DNA of 60,574 bases from an uncultured Salinisphaerales bacterium (GCA_964646895.1 CAZYIP010000001.1:1-60574); one strand, 5' to 3'. Positions 9,517-21,123 are shown, numbered from the stretch's first letter. Notes: a model not told the origin generated them from the letters alone. Made by a program: numbers and translations.

Positions 9517-10335
9517 ATGAAGGTCTGTGTGACCATCGCGGGCAGCGACTCCGGCGGCGGTGCCGGCATTCAGGCCGACATCAAGTCGATGCAGGCCAAT
9601 GGCGTGTTCGCGGCGTCGATCATCACCGCGGTGACGGCGCAGAACACGACGGCTGTTACAGCAGCCTACGAGCTGCCGGTGGATGTGATCGCGGCGCAAA
9701 TCGACGCGGTGTTCGACGATCTGCCCGTGGCCGCCACCAAAACCGGCATGCTGGCCTCGGCGGCCATTATCGAAACCGTCGCCGAGCGGGTACGTGCGCG
9801 CCGCATCGCTCCGTTCATCGTCGATCCGGTCATGATCTCCAAAACCGGATTCGCGCTGCTCCGCGATGATGCGGTGGATGCATTGCGCGACCAGCTCCTG
9901 CCGCTGGCGACACTGGTCACGCCCAATGCCCACGAGGCGGAGCGGCTGACCGGGGCCCCGGTGCGTACCGTTGACGAAGCGCGCACGGCGGCCCGGGCAA
10001 TTCATGCCCAGGGCCCGCGCGCCGTGCTGATCAAGGGCGGCCACCTGGATGATCGCGACGAGGCGGTAGATGTCCTGTTCGACGGCCATGGTTTCGAGCT
10101 TTTTGGCGCGGAGCGTATCGACACGCCGCATACCCACGGCACTGGCGATACCTATGCCTCGGCCATCACTGCCAATCTGGCGAAGGGTTATACGCTGGTC
10201 GACGCAATCACCCGTGCCAAGCGCTACCTGACGGAAGCGATCCGCCATGGCCTCGCGATTGGCCATGGCCAGGGGCCCACCCACCATTTCTATGCGCTCG
10301 ACGCCAATCCGGGGTTTCCTTACGGCGGCGGGTGA
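9517..10335 (+). CDS. thiD: Hydroxymethylpyrimidine/phosphomethylpyrimidine kinase
   Basis: 'VTIAGSDSGGGAGIQADIK' and 'HTHGTGDTYASAI' are ThiD signatures. 272 aa. Confidence 0.9.
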   Translation: MKVCVTIAGSDSGGGAGIQADIKSMQANGVFAASIITAVTAQNTTAVTAAYELPVDVIAAQIDAVFDDLPVAATKTGMLASAAIIETVAERVRARRIAPFIVDPVMISKTGFALLRDDAVDALRDQLLPLATLVTPNAHEAERLTGAPVRTVDEARTAARAIHAQGPRAVLIKGGHLDDRDEAVDVLFDGHGFELFGAERIDTPHTHGTGDTYASAITANLAKGYTLVDAITRAKRYLTEAIRHGLAIGHGQGPTHHFYALDANPGFPYGGG

Positions 10336-10375
10336 CCTACGCTGACGCGAATGCCCGTCCACCCGCGGGGCCGTC

Positions 10376-13057
10376 ATGACCGTCCGTAATCTCAAGTATT
10401 TCTTCGCACCCAGTTCGGTGGTCCTGGTCGGTGCCAGCGACGAACCCGGCTCTCTCGGTCACGTGGCGGCCTGCAATCTGCTGAATGGCGGATTCCCCGG
10501 CGAGGTGGCATTGATCAGCCAGCAGAACGAGATCGAGGGGCGTCGGACCTATCGTCGGGTCGACGAGTTGCCGCACGCCTTCGACCTGGCGCTGCTGGCG
10601 CTTCCCGAGGACGCGGTTCCAACCATGCTGCGTTCACTCGCCGAACAGGGCACACGCGCGGCAATCGTGTTCAGTACCGCCAGTCCACGTGGAGCGCACG
10701 CGCGCAGCATGAATGCACACGCGGATATGCTGCGCGCTGCACAACCGTTTCTGATGCGCATCATCGGCCCCGACGCCCTTGGGGTGATTTCGAGCCCGGC
10801 ACAACTGAACGCCAGCTACGCACCGCTGTACCCGCACGAGGGCCGGCTGGCTTTCATCGCCCAGTCGGGTGCAACCATGACCGCGGTCGCTGACTGGGCG
10901 ATGGCCCGCGGTATCGGATTTTCGCGCCTGATTTCCCTGGGCGAGATGGCGGACGTGGATACCGGCGATCTGCTCGACTATCTCGCCGTCGATCCGGAAA
11001 CGCGGGCGATTCTGCTTTACCTCAGGGAGGTTACCCACGCGCGCAAGTTCATGTCGGCCGCGCGCGCGGCGGCACGCCTGAAACCGGTCATCGTGCTTCG
11101 CGGCGGGCGTTTCCATCGCGACGAGCCCGTGGCGTCGTCGCCGATTGCCCAGCTGGTCGATCCCGATTCGGTGTTCGATGCCGCATTCCGCCGGGCTGGC
11201 ATGCTGCGTGTGCACTCGCTGGAGACCTTCTTCGACGCGGTGCAAACGCTGGCTCACACGCCGCGGATTCACGGCGAGCGCCTCGCCATCCTCGGCAACG
11301 GCTATAACACCGGGCTTCTGGCTGCCGACGCACTGGTGGCGGCCGGTGGCCAGCTCGCCGAGCTGTCGGCGGCTACACGCAATAATCTCGACAAGGCCTT
11401 GTCGCGGCAGTGGTGGGGCGAAAATCCGGTCCACCTGACGGTCGATGCCGACGCCGGCCATTACTCGCACGCACTCGAGACACTGCTCGATGCGCCCGAG
11501 GTCGATGTGGTTGCCGTGCTGCATTGCCCCAGCGCGCTGAGTTCGGGACTGGACATCGCGCGGGCGGTCAGCCGCATCGCGACCAGGTATTCACCGCGCG
11601 TGCTGACCAACTGGCTGGGAGGTGAAGCGACGCGCGCCAGCCGGCAGCATTTTGCCGATGCGCAGATCCCGACGTTCGATACCCCGGAGCGGGCGGTTGC
11701 GGCCTTTCTGCACCTGGTCGAATACCGGCACAACCAGGCGATGCTGATGGAGACGCCGCCGTCCATCCCCAGGCTGTTCGAACCGCGCATCGGGATAGCG
11801 CGCCATGTGATTCAGGCGGCGCTGGACTGCGGCCGCGAGTGGCTGGACGAGGCGGAGGCGCGCGACGTGCTCAAAGCCTACGGCATCGAAACCGTCGACA
11901 CCCTGCGTGCTGCCGACGCGGAGGAGGTGCGCCGCTGTGTGGCGCGGATTGGCGGGCCGGTCGCGGTCAAGATTCTCTCGCCGGACGTGCATCACAAAAG
12001 CGACGTCGGTGGCGTCACGCTCGGGGTGACCACACCCGCGGGCGCGGCGGTCGCGGCGACCGCCATGGCCGAGCGGTTACAGCGCCTGCGGCCCAACGCG
12101 CGCCTGACCGGCTTTGTCGTGCAGCCGATGGCCGGGCATCGCGGCGCATTCGAGCTGATTGCCGGCATCGTGAACGATGCGACCTTCGGGCCGGTGCTGT
12201 TCTTTGGCGAGGGAGGGATCGCGACCGAAGCGCTGGCGGATATCGCCACCGCCTTGCCGCCACTGAATCTGCATCTGGCCCGGGAGCTGATTGAACGTAC
12301 GCGCGTTCACCGCCGGCTGCAGGGGGTGCGCAGCCAGCCGCCGGCCGATGTCGATGCGATCGCGCTGGCACTGGTCCAGATCGGTCAGATCGCGGCGGAC
12401 CTTGCCGAAGTCGTCGACCTGGTGGTCAACCCGCTGATGGCCGACGGCAAGGACATACTGGCACTGGATGCTCGCATACGCATTCGCCGCTGCGACGCCC
12501 GGGCCGCCGATCGCCTCGCCATCCGGCCGTATCCCTCGGAGCTGGAGCGCGAATTCGTGCTCGCCGACGACAGCAGGGCATGGCTGCGCCCGATCCGCCC
12601 GGAGGACGAGCCGGCAATCGTCGAGACGTTCCGGCGCATGGATACGCGCGAACGCTATTTTCGCTTTTTCGCCTCCCTGGCCGAGCTCCCGCACTCCATG
12701 GCCGCGCGCCTGACCCAGATCGACTACGATCGCGAAATGGCATGGGTGCTGACCAGCCATGAACCGCCCGGCCGCGCGCCCATCTACGCCGTGGCCCGCC
12801 TCACTGCCGAACCGGACAACGAGCGCGCCGAGTTCGCGCTGACCGTGCGCGGTGACCACGCCGGTCAGGGACTGGGCACACGGCTGATGGAAATCATCCT
12901 GGATTATGCCCGCGAGCGCGGCATCGGCGAAGTTTACGGCGAGGTGCTGCGGGAGAACCATGCCATGCTGCGCGTTTGCGAGAAGCTGGGTTTCGAGAGC
13001 CGGCATTGTGCGGGCGAGATGGGCGTGGTCCACGTCCGCAAGAAAACCTCCGGCTGA
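10376..13057 (+). CDS. pat: Protein lysine acetyltransferase, Pat/YfiQ type (ADP-forming acetyl-CoA synthetase-like domains fused to a C-terminal GNAT)
   Basis: ~890 aa. N-terminal CoA-binding region 'PSSVVLVGASDEPGSLG'. ATP-grasp region in the middle. C-terminal GNAT 'VRGDHAGQGLGTRLME'. Confidence 0.85.
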   Translation: MTVRNLKYFFAPSSVVLVGASDEPGSLGHVAACNLLNGGFPGEVALISQQNEIEGRRTYRRVDELPHAFDLALLALPEDAVPTMLRSLAEQGTRAAIVFSTASPRGAHARSMNAHADMLRAAQPFLMRIIGPDALGVISSPAQLNASYAPLYPHEGRLAFIAQSGATMTAVADWAMARGIGFSRLISLGEMADVDTGDLLDYLAVDPETRAILLYLREVTHARKFMSAARAAARLKPVIVLRGGRFHRDEPVASSPIAQLVDPDSVFDAAFRRAGMLRVHSLETFFDAVQTLAHTPRIHGERLAILGNGYNTGLLAADALVAAGGQLAELSAATRNNLDKALSRQWWGENPVHLTVDADAGHYSHALETLLDAPEVDVVAVLHCPSALSSGLDIARAVSRIATRYSPRVLTNWLGGEATRASRQHFADAQIPTFDTPERAVAAFLHLVEYRHNQAMLMETPPSIPRLFEPRIGIARHVIQAALDCGREWLDEAEARDVLKAYGIETVDTLRAADAEEVRRCVARIGGPVAVKILSPDVHHKSDVGGVTLGVTTPAGAAVAATAMAERLQRLRPNARLTGFVVQPMAGHRGAFELIAGIVNDATFGPVLFFGEGGIATEALADIATALPPLNLHLARELIERTRVHRRLQGVRSQPPADVDAIALALVQIGQIAADLAEVVDLVVNPLMADGKDILALDARIRIRRCDARAADRLAIRPYPSELEREFVLADDSRAWLRPIRPEDEPAIVETFRRMDTRERYFRFFASLAELPHSMAARLTQIDYDREMAWVLTSHEPPGRAPIYAVARLTAEPDNERAEFALTVRGDHAGQGLGTRLMEIILDYARERGIGEVYGEVLRENHAMLRVCEKLGFESRHCAGEMGVVHVRKKTSG

Positions 13058-13085
13058 CCTGCTGCGTGCCGGCCCGTTGCCGGAC

Positions 13086-14591
13086 TCAGCCGCCGGAGCG
13101 ATCCCGGTCACGGATCCGCTCTACCGACCGATGCCAGCCGTCGAGCATGGCGGTACGGACCGTGGCATCCAGTGTCGGCGTAAACCGCGCATCGCGCCGC
13201 CAGCGCGTGGCGATATCGTCCAGCGAGTCGAACATGCCGGCTTCCAGTCCGGCGAGGAAAGCCGCCCCGAGGGCCGTGGTTTCCACCGTATGCGGGCGCT
13301 CTACCGGTACGCCGGTGATGTCGGCCAGCGCTTGCAGCATCCAGCCATTGGTGGCCATGCCCCCGTCCACGCGCAGCGCCACCGGCTCGGTGCCCGCGTC
13401 CTTGATCATCGCCTGCAGCAGGTCGTGAGTCTGGTAGCACACGGATTCCAGCGCCGCCCGCGCGATCTCGGCAATTCCGGTGTTGCGGGTAAGGCCGAAG
13501 ATTGCGCCCCGCGCCATCGGGTCCCAGTACGGCGCGCCCAGCCCGGTAAACGCCGGCACCAGATATACACCATGGTTGGATTCCAGGCCCGCGGCCAGGT
13601 GTTCCGTCTCCGCGGCCGTCCCGATGATGCGCAGGTAATCACGCAACCACTGCACCGCCGCGCCGGCGACGAAGATCGAGCCTTCCAGTGCGTACACGGG
13701 CTTGCCGTTCACACGGTAGGCAACGGTCGTCAACAGGCGATTGCGCGAGCGGATCGGGGTTTCGCCGGTATTCAGCAGCGCGAAACAGCCGGTGCCATAC
13801 GTGCTTTTCAGCATGCCCGCGCGAAAGCAGGCCTGGCCTATCGTGGCCGCCTGCTGATCACCCGCCATGCCGCAGATCGGCAGCGATCGGCCGAGGACGT
13901 CCGCATCGCAGTCACCGAAGTGATGGGCGCAATCCTCGATTCGCGGCAGCATGACGGCGGGAATATCCAGGCAGCGCAGCAGCTCCTCGTCCCAGTCCTG
14001 CTCGTGAATGTTGAAGAGCATGGTGCGCGAGGCATTGGTGGCATCCGTTGCATGCACGCGCCCGCCGGTCAGACGCCAGAGCAGAAAGCAGTCGATGGTC
14101 CCGAACAGCAGCTCCCCACGCGCTGCGCGGGCGCGGCCGTCCTCGATGTGGTCCAGGATCCAGCCCAGTTTGGTCGCTGAAAAGTAGGGATCGACGACCA
14201 GCCCGGTGCGTGCGCTTACCGTCGCTTCCAGGCCATTCTCGCGCAGCCGCGCGCAGGTGTCGGCGGTGCGCCGGTCCTGCCATACGATGGCGTTGTAGAC
14301 GGGACGGCCGCCATTGCGTTCCCAGACCACCGTGGTCTCGCGCTGATTGGTGATCCCGAGCGCGGCGATCGGCCTGTTCTTTGCGTCGAGGCGATCGATG
14401 ACCTCGCGACATGTCTTCAGGGTGGTCGACCAGATCTCCTCGGGATCATGTTCCACCCAGCCGTCATGCGGAAAGAGCTGCCGGAATTCCGCCTGCGCGC
14501 TGGCGATATCGTTGCCGGCGGCGTCAAAGGCAATGGCCCGGCTGCTGGTCGTGCCCTGGTCGATCGTCAGAATACATGGCTGGCGATCCAT
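13086..14591 (-). CDS. glpK: Glycerol kinase
   Basis: '[14 protein letters not shown]', '[12 protein letters not shown]' and 'GDQQAA' FGGY-kinase motifs. The tracked ORF extends to 14687. The ATG at 14591 (MDRQPC...) is preceded by GGAGGA. Confidence 0.95.
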   Translation of the reverse strand: MDRQPCILTIDQGTTSSRAIAFDAAGNDIASAQAEFRQLFPHDGWVEHDPEEIWSTTLKTCREVIDRLDAKNRPIAALGITNQRETTVVWERNGGRPVYNAIVWQDRRTADTCARLRENGLEATVSARTGLVVDPYFSATKLGWILDHIEDGRARAARGELLFGTIDCFLLWRLTGGRVHATDATNASRTMLFNIHEQDWDEELLRCLDIPAVMLPRIEDCAHHFGDCDADVLGRSLPICGMAGDQQAATIGQACFRAGMLKSTYGTGCFALLNTGETPIRSRNRLLTTVAYRVNGKPVYALEGSIFVAGAAVQWLRDYLRIIGTAAETEHLAAGLESNHGVYLVPAFTGLGAPYWDPMARGAIFGLTRNTGIAEIARAALESVCYQTHDLLQAMIKDAGTEPVALRVDGGMATNGWMLQALADITGVPVERPHTVETTALGAAFLAGLEAGMFDSLDDIATRWRRDARFTPTLDATVRTAMLDGWHRSVERIRDRDRSGG

Positions 14592-14633
14592 GATGGTTTC
14601 TCCTCCATCGTTTCGCGCATCAGAGATGCAACA

Positions 14634-14649
14634 TTTTCGCATACGAAAA
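14634..14649. promoter_or_regulatory. Candidate GlpR operator in the glpK-glpR divergent region
   Basis: Perfect palindrome TTTTCG-CATA-CGAAAA. Extra TTTCG half-sites near 14612 and 14662. The TTCG...CGAA core resembles the enterobacterial GlpR operator. Confidence 0.55.
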
Positions 14650-14696
14650 GATAGACTAGACTTTCGTGCACCACAAACGCATCGCAATCCGGACTA

Positions 14697-15488
14697 TTGA
14701 ATACCAAACGATCCACGACGACACTGGCCCTGGGGCCGCGGCAGGCGCAGATTCTCGAACGGGTGGAGCGCAACGGCTTCGCGTCCATCGACGAACTGGC
14801 GCGCGCATTTGCCGTCACCCCGCAGACCGTACGCCGCGATATCAACCTGCTGTGCCAGAGTGGCCTGCTGCGCCGTTACCACGGCGGGGCCGGACTCCCC
14901 TCCACGGTAGAGAACGTCGCCTACAACGCCCGCCGCATTCTCAACCTCGAAGAAAAGCGGCGGATTGCCGAGCTGGTTGCGAGCCATATCCCGGACCAGG
15001 CGTCGCTGTTCATTACCCTGGGCACGACCACCGAAGAAGCTGCGCGTGCGCTGCGCGACCACAACGGATTGCGAATTATTACCAACAATATCAATGTCGC
15101 CGCAATGTTGCGTGAAAACCCGAGCTGCGAAGTCATGATTACCGGCGGCGTGGTGCGTACGCGCGATGCCGGTGTCACTGGCGAGGCAACCATCGATTTC
15201 ATCCGCCAGTTTCGCGTCGACTACGCGCTCATGGGCATCTCCAGCATCGAGTGGGACGGAACGCTGTACGAGTTCGATTACCGCGAGGTGCGGGTACTGC
15301 GCGCGATCATGGCCAACTCGCGCAAGACTTTTCTGCTCGCCGACCACAGCAAGATCGGACGCAATGCGCTCGTTCGGCTGGGCAACGTGTCGGAGGTCGA
15401 CGCGCTGTTCACCGACCGCCCGCCGCCGGAAAGTCTGCGCGCTGCCCTGAACGAAGGCGCCGCCACCCTGTATGTGCCGACACCGTGA
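14697..15488 (+). CDS. glpR: DeoR-family repressor of the glycerol-3-phosphate regulon
   Basis: N-terminal HTH 'RQAQILERVERNGFASIDELARAFAVTPQTVRRDIN'. DeoR C-terminal sensor domain. Divergent from glpK and upstream of glpD. TTG start, position uncertain. Confidence 0.85.
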   Translation: MNTKRSTTTLALGPRQAQILERVERNGFASIDELARAFAVTPQTVRRDINLLCQSGLLRRYHGGAGLPSTVENVAYNARRILNLEEKRRIAELVASHIPDQASLFITLGTTTEEAARALRDHNGLRIITNNINVAAMLRENPSCEVMITGGVVRTRDAGVTGEATIDFIRQFRVDYALMGISSIEWDGTLYEFDYREVRVLRAIMANSRKTFLLADHSKIGRNALVRLGNVSEVDALFTDRPPPESLRAALNEGAATLYVPTP

Positions 15489-15512
15489 ACCCGATGGTTT
15501 CGACCTCTCTGC

Positions 15513-15535
15513 AAATGTTCGCTTTCGATGATATT
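15513..15535. promoter_or_regulatory. Candidate GlpR operator upstream of glpD
   Basis: AAATGTTCGCTTTCGATGATATT contains tandem TGTTCG/TTTCGA half-sites ~90 nt upstream of the glpD ATG. Confidence 0.45.
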
Positions 15536-15621
15536 GCGCGACTTGCAAACCATTTATGGTCTGCTAATGTAAGTTAACGAATATCCAAAGCGGCATAGAC
15601 GCCACGCGGAGTTGTGACGGC

Positions 15622-17133
15622 ATGGCGGGTGGGGAGACGAAGTACGATCTGCTGGTGATCGGCGGCGGCATCAATGGTGCCGGGATTGCGCGCGACGCAA
15701 CCGGCCGCGGATTGCGCGTGCTGCTTTGCGAACAGCATGATCTGGCGGCGCACACCTCATCCGCGAGTACCAAGCTCGTGCACGGGGGGCTGCGCTATCT
15801 GGAACACTACGAGTTCCGGCTGGTTCGCGAGGCCCTGCGCGAACGCGAGCGCCTGCTGCACATGGCGCCGCACATCATCTGGCCACTCCGCTTTGTGCTC
15901 CCGCACGATCGTCACCTGCGCCCGGCGTGGATGATCCGTCTCGGGCTGCTTTTGTACGATCATCTGGGAGGTCGCGGACACCTGCCGGGCTCGCGGGGTA
16001 TCGATCTGCGCCGGCATCCGGCCGGCGAGCCGCTGGATACCCACTTGCGCAAGGGCTTCGCTTATTCCGACTGCTGGGTGCAGGATGCCCGTCTGGTGGT
16101 GCTCAATGCCATGGATGCCCGCTCGCGCGGTGCCACCATCCTGACGCGAACACGCTGTGAACGGGCGAAGCGCGAAGGCGCTGCCTGGCGGGTTCATTTG
16201 CGCGAAGGTGAAAGCGGTGCCGAGCGCACGGTGCGAGTCCGTTGCCTGGTGAACGCGGCCGGACCCTGGGTCGGGCAGTTGTTCGGCAGCGTCATATCGG
16301 ACACGCCACCGGCCGGCATGCGCCTGGTCAAGGGCAGTCATATCGTGGTCCCGCGCCTGTATCGGCATGACCACGCCTACATCTTCCAGAACAGCGACCG
16401 GCGCATTGTCTTCGCCATTCCCTACGAACGTGAGTACACCCTCATCGGCACCACCGACGTGGATTACCAGGGCGAGCCGGCGAAAGTGCATATCGCCGCC
16501 GCCGAGGTCGAGTACCTGTGCGCGGCGGTCAATCGTTATTTTCGCAAGCCGGTTGCACCGGAGGACGTGGTCTGGAGCTACTCGGGGGTCCGCCCCCTGT
16601 ATGACGATGCCCATGAAAGCGCCGCCAGCGTAACCCGGGATTACACGCTGGAACTGGAGGGCGGCGAGGGGCAGCCTCCGCTGCTGTCGGTCTATGGCGG
16701 CAAGCTGACCACCTACCGCAGCCTCGCCGAACACGCGCTGGAGCGGCTGCAGCCGAAGCTGGGGTTTACCGCCGGTACCTGGACCGCAACCGCGCCGCTG
16801 CCGGGCGGCGATATCGAAAATGGCGACTTTGACGCCTTCCTGGACAAGCTGCGGCGCAACCGGCCCTGGCTGCCCCCGGACCTGGCCTGGCGCCTGGCAC
16901 GCAACTACGGCACCTGTGTCGAGCACATCGTGGGTCAGGCGCGATGCATCGAAGACCTTGGACAGTGTCTGGGCGCCGACCTGTTCGAAAGCGAAGCGCA
17001 ATATCTGATGGACCACGAATGGGCCTGCACCGCGGAAGACATCCTCTGGCGGCGTTCGAAGCTGGGATTACGCTTTAATAAAGTCGAAAGGGCGAATCTG
17101 GAAGCCTGGCTGCAACGATCCGCGGCGGCCTGA
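15622..17133 (+). CDS. glpD: FAD-dependent aerobic glycerol-3-phosphate dehydrogenase
   Basis: 'YDLLVIGGGINGAGIARDATGRGL' dinucleotide-binding fold. 'STKLVHGGLRYLE' motif. ~500 aa. Confidence 0.9.
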   Translation: MAGGETKYDLLVIGGGINGAGIARDATGRGLRVLLCEQHDLAAHTSSASTKLVHGGLRYLEHYEFRLVREALRERERLLHMAPHIIWPLRFVLPHDRHLRPAWMIRLGLLLYDHLGGRGHLPGSRGIDLRRHPAGEPLDTHLRKGFAYSDCWVQDARLVVLNAMDARSRGATILTRTRCERAKREGAAWRVHLREGESGAERTVRVRCLVNAAGPWVGQLFGSVISDTPPAGMRLVKGSHIVVPRLYRHDHAYIFQNSDRRIVFAIPYEREYTLIGTTDVDYQGEPAKVHIAAAEVEYLCAAVNRYFRKPVAPEDVVWSYSGVRPLYDDAHESAASVTRDYTLELEGGEGQPPLLSVYGGKLTTYRSLAEHALERLQPKLGFTAGTWTATAPLPGGDIENGDFDAFLDKLRRNRPWLPPDLAWRLARNYGTCVEHIVGQARCIEDLGQCLGADLFESEAQYLMDHEWACTAEDILWRRSKLGLRFNKVERANLEAWLQRSAAA

Positions 17134-17154
17134 GGGGAGGGGAGAGAACGACCA

Positions 17155-18276
17155 ATGGCGCTGACCCTGGACCACATCACCAAGCAGGTGGGCGACGAGA
17201 TTCACATCGATGACGTATCGCTCGATCTCGAACCGGGATCGCTCAACGTGCTGCTCGGCCTCACCCTGTCCGGCAAGACCACCCTCATGCGCCTCATGGC
17301 CGGCCTGGACAAACCCACCGCTGGCCGGGTGCTGTTCGACGGGCGCGACACGGCGCGCATCCCGGTACGCAAGCGTAACGTTGCGATGGTCTACCAGCAA
17401 TTCATCAACTATCCGTCACTGACGGTATACGAAAATATCGCCTCGCCGCTGCGCATTGCGCGATTGTCGAAAACCGAAATCGACCACCGGGTCCGGGCCG
17501 AAGCCGAGCGACTCAAGATCGACGGCTTGCTCGACCGCCTGCCGGCGGAGCTCTCCGGCGGACAGCAGCAGCGCGTTGCCCTCGCCCGCGCGCTGGTGCG
17601 CGACGCCAGTCTGGTCCTGCTCGACGAGCCGCTGGTCAACCTTGACTACAAGCTCCGCGAAGCCCTGCGTGAGGAGCTGCCCCTCGCACTCGAGGGCCGC
17701 CAGTCGATCGTGGTCTACGCGACCACGGATCCCTGGGAGGCATTGTCGTTCGGCGGCAGGACTGCGGTGCTGCAGCAAGGCCGATTGCTGCAGTTCGACG
17801 TTGCCGGCCGGGTCTATGCTGCGCCGGCGACGACCCACGTGGCCCGCGTGTTCAGCGACCCGCCCATGAACCTGCTGGAAGGCACGCTGGAGAACGGCAT
17901 GCTGAAACTGGGCGATGCCTTCTCCACCCGGCAACCCGGGACATTGTCCACGCTTCGCGATGGCCACTATCTTTTCGGCCTGCGGCCCGAGCATCTGCGG
18001 GCGGTGGAGCCTGAAAGCGCGGACAACCGGATCCGGACGACGGTCGACGTCACCGAGATCAGCGGCTCCCAGACCTACATTCACTTCCCCGTTGCACGCC
18101 AGTCCTGGGTCGCGATCGAAAACGGCGTGCACAGCTACGGACTCGGCGAGCCGGTGGCCCTGGATTTCGATACCGAACATCTGTTTGTTTTCTCTACCGA
18201 CGGTAGCCTGCTGTTTTCGCCGGAGCGCAGCGGGGCGACTCATGATGACCAGGTAGTGGCCAATGGCGCTCATTAG
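17155..18276 (+). CDS. ABC transporter ATP-binding protein 1 of a glycerol-type importer (MalK/UgpC fold; GlpS-like)
   Basis: Degenerate Walker A 'GLTLSGKTT'. Signature 'LSGGQQQR'. Walker B 'LLDEP'. C-terminal regulatory domain. Confidence 0.85.
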   Translation: MALTLDHITKQVGDEIHIDDVSLDLEPGSLNVLLGLTLSGKTTLMRLMAGLDKPTAGRVLFDGRDTARIPVRKRNVAMVYQQFINYPSLTVYENIASPLRIARLSKTEIDHRVRAEAERLKIDGLLDRLPAELSGGQQQRVALARALVRDASLVLLDEPLVNLDYKLREALREELPLALEGRQSIVVYATTDPWEALSFGGRTAVLQQGRLLQFDVAGRVYAAPATTHVARVFSDPPMNLLEGTLENGMLKLGDAFSTRQPGTLSTLRDGHYLFGLRPEHLRAVEPESADNRIRTTVDVTEISGSQTYIHFPVARQSWVAIENGVHSYGLGEPVALDFDTEHLFVFSTDGSLLFSPERSGATHDDQVVANGAH

Positions 18277-19372
18277 ATTCGACCAGGTGGCGCATTCCTA
18301 CTCCCGGCATCCGCGTTCGGAGCGCGACTACGCGTTGCAAAAAATGGACTTCCGCTGGGAGGACGGCGGCGCCTACGCCTTGCTCGGCCCGTCCGGGTGC
18401 GGCAAGACCACGCTGCTCAATATCTGCTCCGGGCTGTTGACGCCGTTCGAAGGCCGGGTGTGGTTCAACGATACCGACGTGACCGATCTGCCACCGGAAA
18501 AACGCAATATCGCGCAGGTCTTCCAGTTTCCGGTGCTCTACGACTCCATGACCGTGTATGACAATCTGGCCTTTCCGCTACGCAACCGCCGCGTCGACAA
18601 GAACCATATCCGGAAACGCGTGCAGGAAGTCGCCGCCATGCTCGATCTCGGCGCGGTACTCAAGCGCCGCGCCAGCGGTCTCGGCGCCGAACTCAAGCAG
18701 AAAATTTCCATGGGTCGCGGCCTGGTGCGCGACGATACCTCGGCGATTCTGTTCGACGAGCCCCTGACGGTGATCGATCCGCAACTGAAGTGGGAATTGC
18801 GTCGTCAGCTCAAGGAGATTCACCAGCGTTTCAACCACACCCTGATTTACGTCACCCATGATCAGACCGAGGCGCTGACCTTCGCCGAGAAGGTCGTGGT
18901 GATGTCGGAGGGCCACATCGTTCAGGTGGGCACGCCGCAGGCACTGTTCGAACACCCGGAGCATACCTTTGTGGGCTACTTCATCGGGAGTCCGGGCATG
19001 AACTTCCTGCCCTGTCGCGTGGACGGCGGCGATGCGGTGGTGGCGGGACAGAGAATCCCGCTGTCCGAAGCGCAAACGGGCCCGGCGGCCCGTGTCGAAG
19101 GGGGCACGCTCACGCTGGGTATCCGGCCGGAATTCGTGGAACTTGCCGAGAAGGGTCGCGGGCTGACATTACGTTTGCAGCAGGTCGCGGACATGGGCCA
19201 GTACCGGCTGGTCACCGCATCCCTGGCCGATCATCGCATCCGGCTGAAGGTACCGCGCGATCGCGGGCCGGTCGAAGGCCCGGAAATATCGGTAATTTTC
19301 CCGCCGGCCTGGATTCGTCTCTACGCCGGCGAGCGTCTCATCGATACGCAGGACGAGGCCGCGCATGGATAA
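18263..19372 (+). CDS. ABC transporter ATP-binding protein 2 (GlpT-like)
   Basis: Walker A 'GPSGCGKTT'. Walker B 'LFDEP'. MalK-type C-terminal domain. Overlaps the upstream ATPase gene by 14 nt. Confidence 0.85.
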   Translation: MALIRFDQVAHSYSRHPRSERDYALQKMDFRWEDGGAYALLGPSGCGKTTLLNICSGLLTPFEGRVWFNDTDVTDLPPEKRNIAQVFQFPVLYDSMTVYDNLAFPLRNRRVDKNHIRKRVQEVAAMLDLGAVLKRRASGLGAELKQKISMGRGLVRDDTSAILFDEPLTVIDPQLKWELRRQLKEIHQRFNHTLIYVTHDQTEALTFAEKVVVMSEGHIVQVGTPQALFEHPEHTFVGYFIGSPGMNFLPCRVDGGDAVVAGQRIPLSEAQTGPAARVEGGTLTLGIRPEFVELAEKGRGLTLRLQQVADMGQYRLVTASLADHRIRLKVPRDRGPVEGPEISVIFPPAWIRLYAGERLIDTQDEAAHG

Positions 19373-20246
19373 CCGGTTTGCCGACAACAGGGCGTGGTTT
19401 CTGGTGCTGCCGGCCGTACTGCTGGTGGTGTTTACCTCGTTCATTCCGTTCATGGCGATCGTGAACTACAGCTTTCAGGTCGTCTTTGGACTGCAAACGC
19501 ATGTTTTCGTCGGCTGGGAGCCGTTTCACGATGCGCTGACCAACCCGGAATTCTATGGCGCCCTGAAACGGCAGATCATCTTCACGGCGATCGTGCTGGC
19601 GATCGAAATACCGCTGGGCATCGCGGTTGCGCTCACCATGCCACGCTCCGGGCGGGCAGTCGGCCCGGTACTGGTCGTCCTCGCGCTGCCGCTGCTGATT
19701 CCCTGGAACGTGGTCGGTCTGATCTGGCAGATCTTCGGGCGCGGCGATATCGGCCTGTTCGGCTCGTTCGTCAACAATACGCTGCACATTCCCTACAACT
19801 ACGCCACCGGTCAGCTCTCCGCCTGGTTCACTGTCGTCATCATGAACGTGTGGCACTGGACTTCGCTGGTTGCGTTGCTGTCGTACGCCGGGCTGTGCGC
19901 GATCCCCAGCGCGTACTACCAGGCGGCGCGCATCGACGGTGCTTCGCGCTGGGCCGTGTTTCGCTTCATCGAGCTGCCCAAGCTCCGGGGCGTACTCACC
20001 ATCGCGGTGCTGCTGCGCTTCATCTACAGCTTCAAGAACTACGCAGAAACACTGATCGTCACCGGTGGCGGGCCCGGCTCCAGCACCACGTTCATGACCC
20101 AGATGCTGCAAAACTCGGCAGTCAGCCAGTTCGAATACGGCAAGGCCGGCGCCTACGGCCTGCTTTATTTCCTGATCATCCTGCTGGTCAGCTACATCTT
20201 TTACGTCGTGCTGACGCGTGTGGGCACCGGCGGGGGAGGCACCTGA
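19365..20246 (+). CDS. ABC transporter permease (MalF/UgpA-like; GlpP-like)
   Basis: Six-TM binding-protein-dependent permease with an EAA-like loop 'YYQAARIDGASRWAVFRFIELPKL'. Confidence 0.85.
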   Translation: MDNRFADNRAWFLVLPAVLLVVFTSFIPFMAIVNYSFQVVFGLQTHVFVGWEPFHDALTNPEFYGALKRQIIFTAIVLAIEIPLGIAVALTMPRSGRAVGPVLVVLALPLLIPWNVVGLIWQIFGRGDIGLFGSFVNNTLHIPYNYATGQLSAWFTVVIMNVWHWTSLVALLSYAGLCAIPSAYYQAARIDGASRWAVFRFIELPKLRGVLTIAVLLRFIYSFKNYAETLIVTGGGPGSSTTFMTQMLQNSAVSQFEYGKAGAYGLLYFLIILLVSYIFYVVLTRVGTGGGGT

Positions 20247-20247
20247 C

Positions 20248-21114
20248 ATGAGTACGCTGTCCGACGTCGCACCCCGCACCCGGCGCAGAAGTCACGCGAT
20301 GAGTCTCAAAACGAGATTCCGCGCGCGCCATATCGGTCTGATCGCATTCATCCTGTTCATTCTGGCGCCGACGTACTGGCTGATCGCCATGTCGTTCAAG
20401 CCCAACACCGAGATCATCACCCGGCTGACCTATTTTCCGCACGAGGTGACGCTGGAGCATTACCGGGAGATCTTCACCAATTCGTACTGGTGGGGCGCGT
20501 TCCTGCACTCGCTGGAATACACCGTCCTCAACGTGGTGATCACCATACCGCTGGCCGTGGTCGCGGCGTATGGCTTTTCCCGCTACCGGTTCATCGGCGA
20601 CAAGCATCTGTTCTTCTGGTTGCTGACCAACCTCATGTCACCGCCGGTGGTGTATCTCATTCCCTACTTTTCGCTTTCTCACAGCCTCTACATCTACGAC
20701 ACCATTTTTGCGGTTGCCATTTTCGACACATTGTTCACGTTGCCGCTCACGATCTGGATCCTGGAAGGCTTCATGTCCGGCGTGCCTCACGAGATCGACG
20801 AGACAGCCTATCTGGACGGCTATTCGCTGCCACGCTTTTTCGTCCGCATCTTCATTCCGCTGATCAGTGCCGGCATCGGCATCGCGGCGTTTTTCGCCTT
20901 CATGTTCAGCTGGATCGGGGTGATCATCGCGCAGGCGCTGACGACTTCGAACGCGACCCCCATCAGCACCGTCATGAGCAGCGCCTACACCACCCAGGGC
21001 ACCAACTGGGGCATCCTCGCCGCCGCCGGGACACTGACCATGATTCCCGGCGCGATCGTGATCTGGTTCGTGCGCAACAAGATCGCATCCGGCTTTGCGC
21101 TGGGTCGGGTCTAG
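20248..21114 (+). CDS. ABC transporter permease (MalG/UgpE-like; GlpQ-like)
   Basis: EAA loop 'EIDETAYLDGYSLPRFFVRIFIPL'. ATG 20248 lies 1 nt after the upstream stop and is preceded by GGGGGAGG. The tracked ORF starts at 20218. Confidence 0.85.
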   Translation: MSTLSDVAPRTRRRSHAMSLKTRFRARHIGLIAFILFILAPTYWLIAMSFKPNTEIITRLTYFPHEVTLEHYREIFTNSYWWGAFLHSLEYTVLNVVITIPLAVVAAYGFSRYRFIGDKHLFFWLLTNLMSPPVVYLIPYFSLSHSLYIYDTIFAVAIFDTLFTLPLTIWILEGFMSGVPHEIDETAYLDGYSLPRFFVRIFIPLISAGIGIAAFFAFMFSWIGVIIAQALTTSNATPISTVMSSAYTTQGTNWGILAAAGTLTMIPGAIVIWFVRNKIASGFALGRV

Positions 21115-21123
21115 GAGAACGGC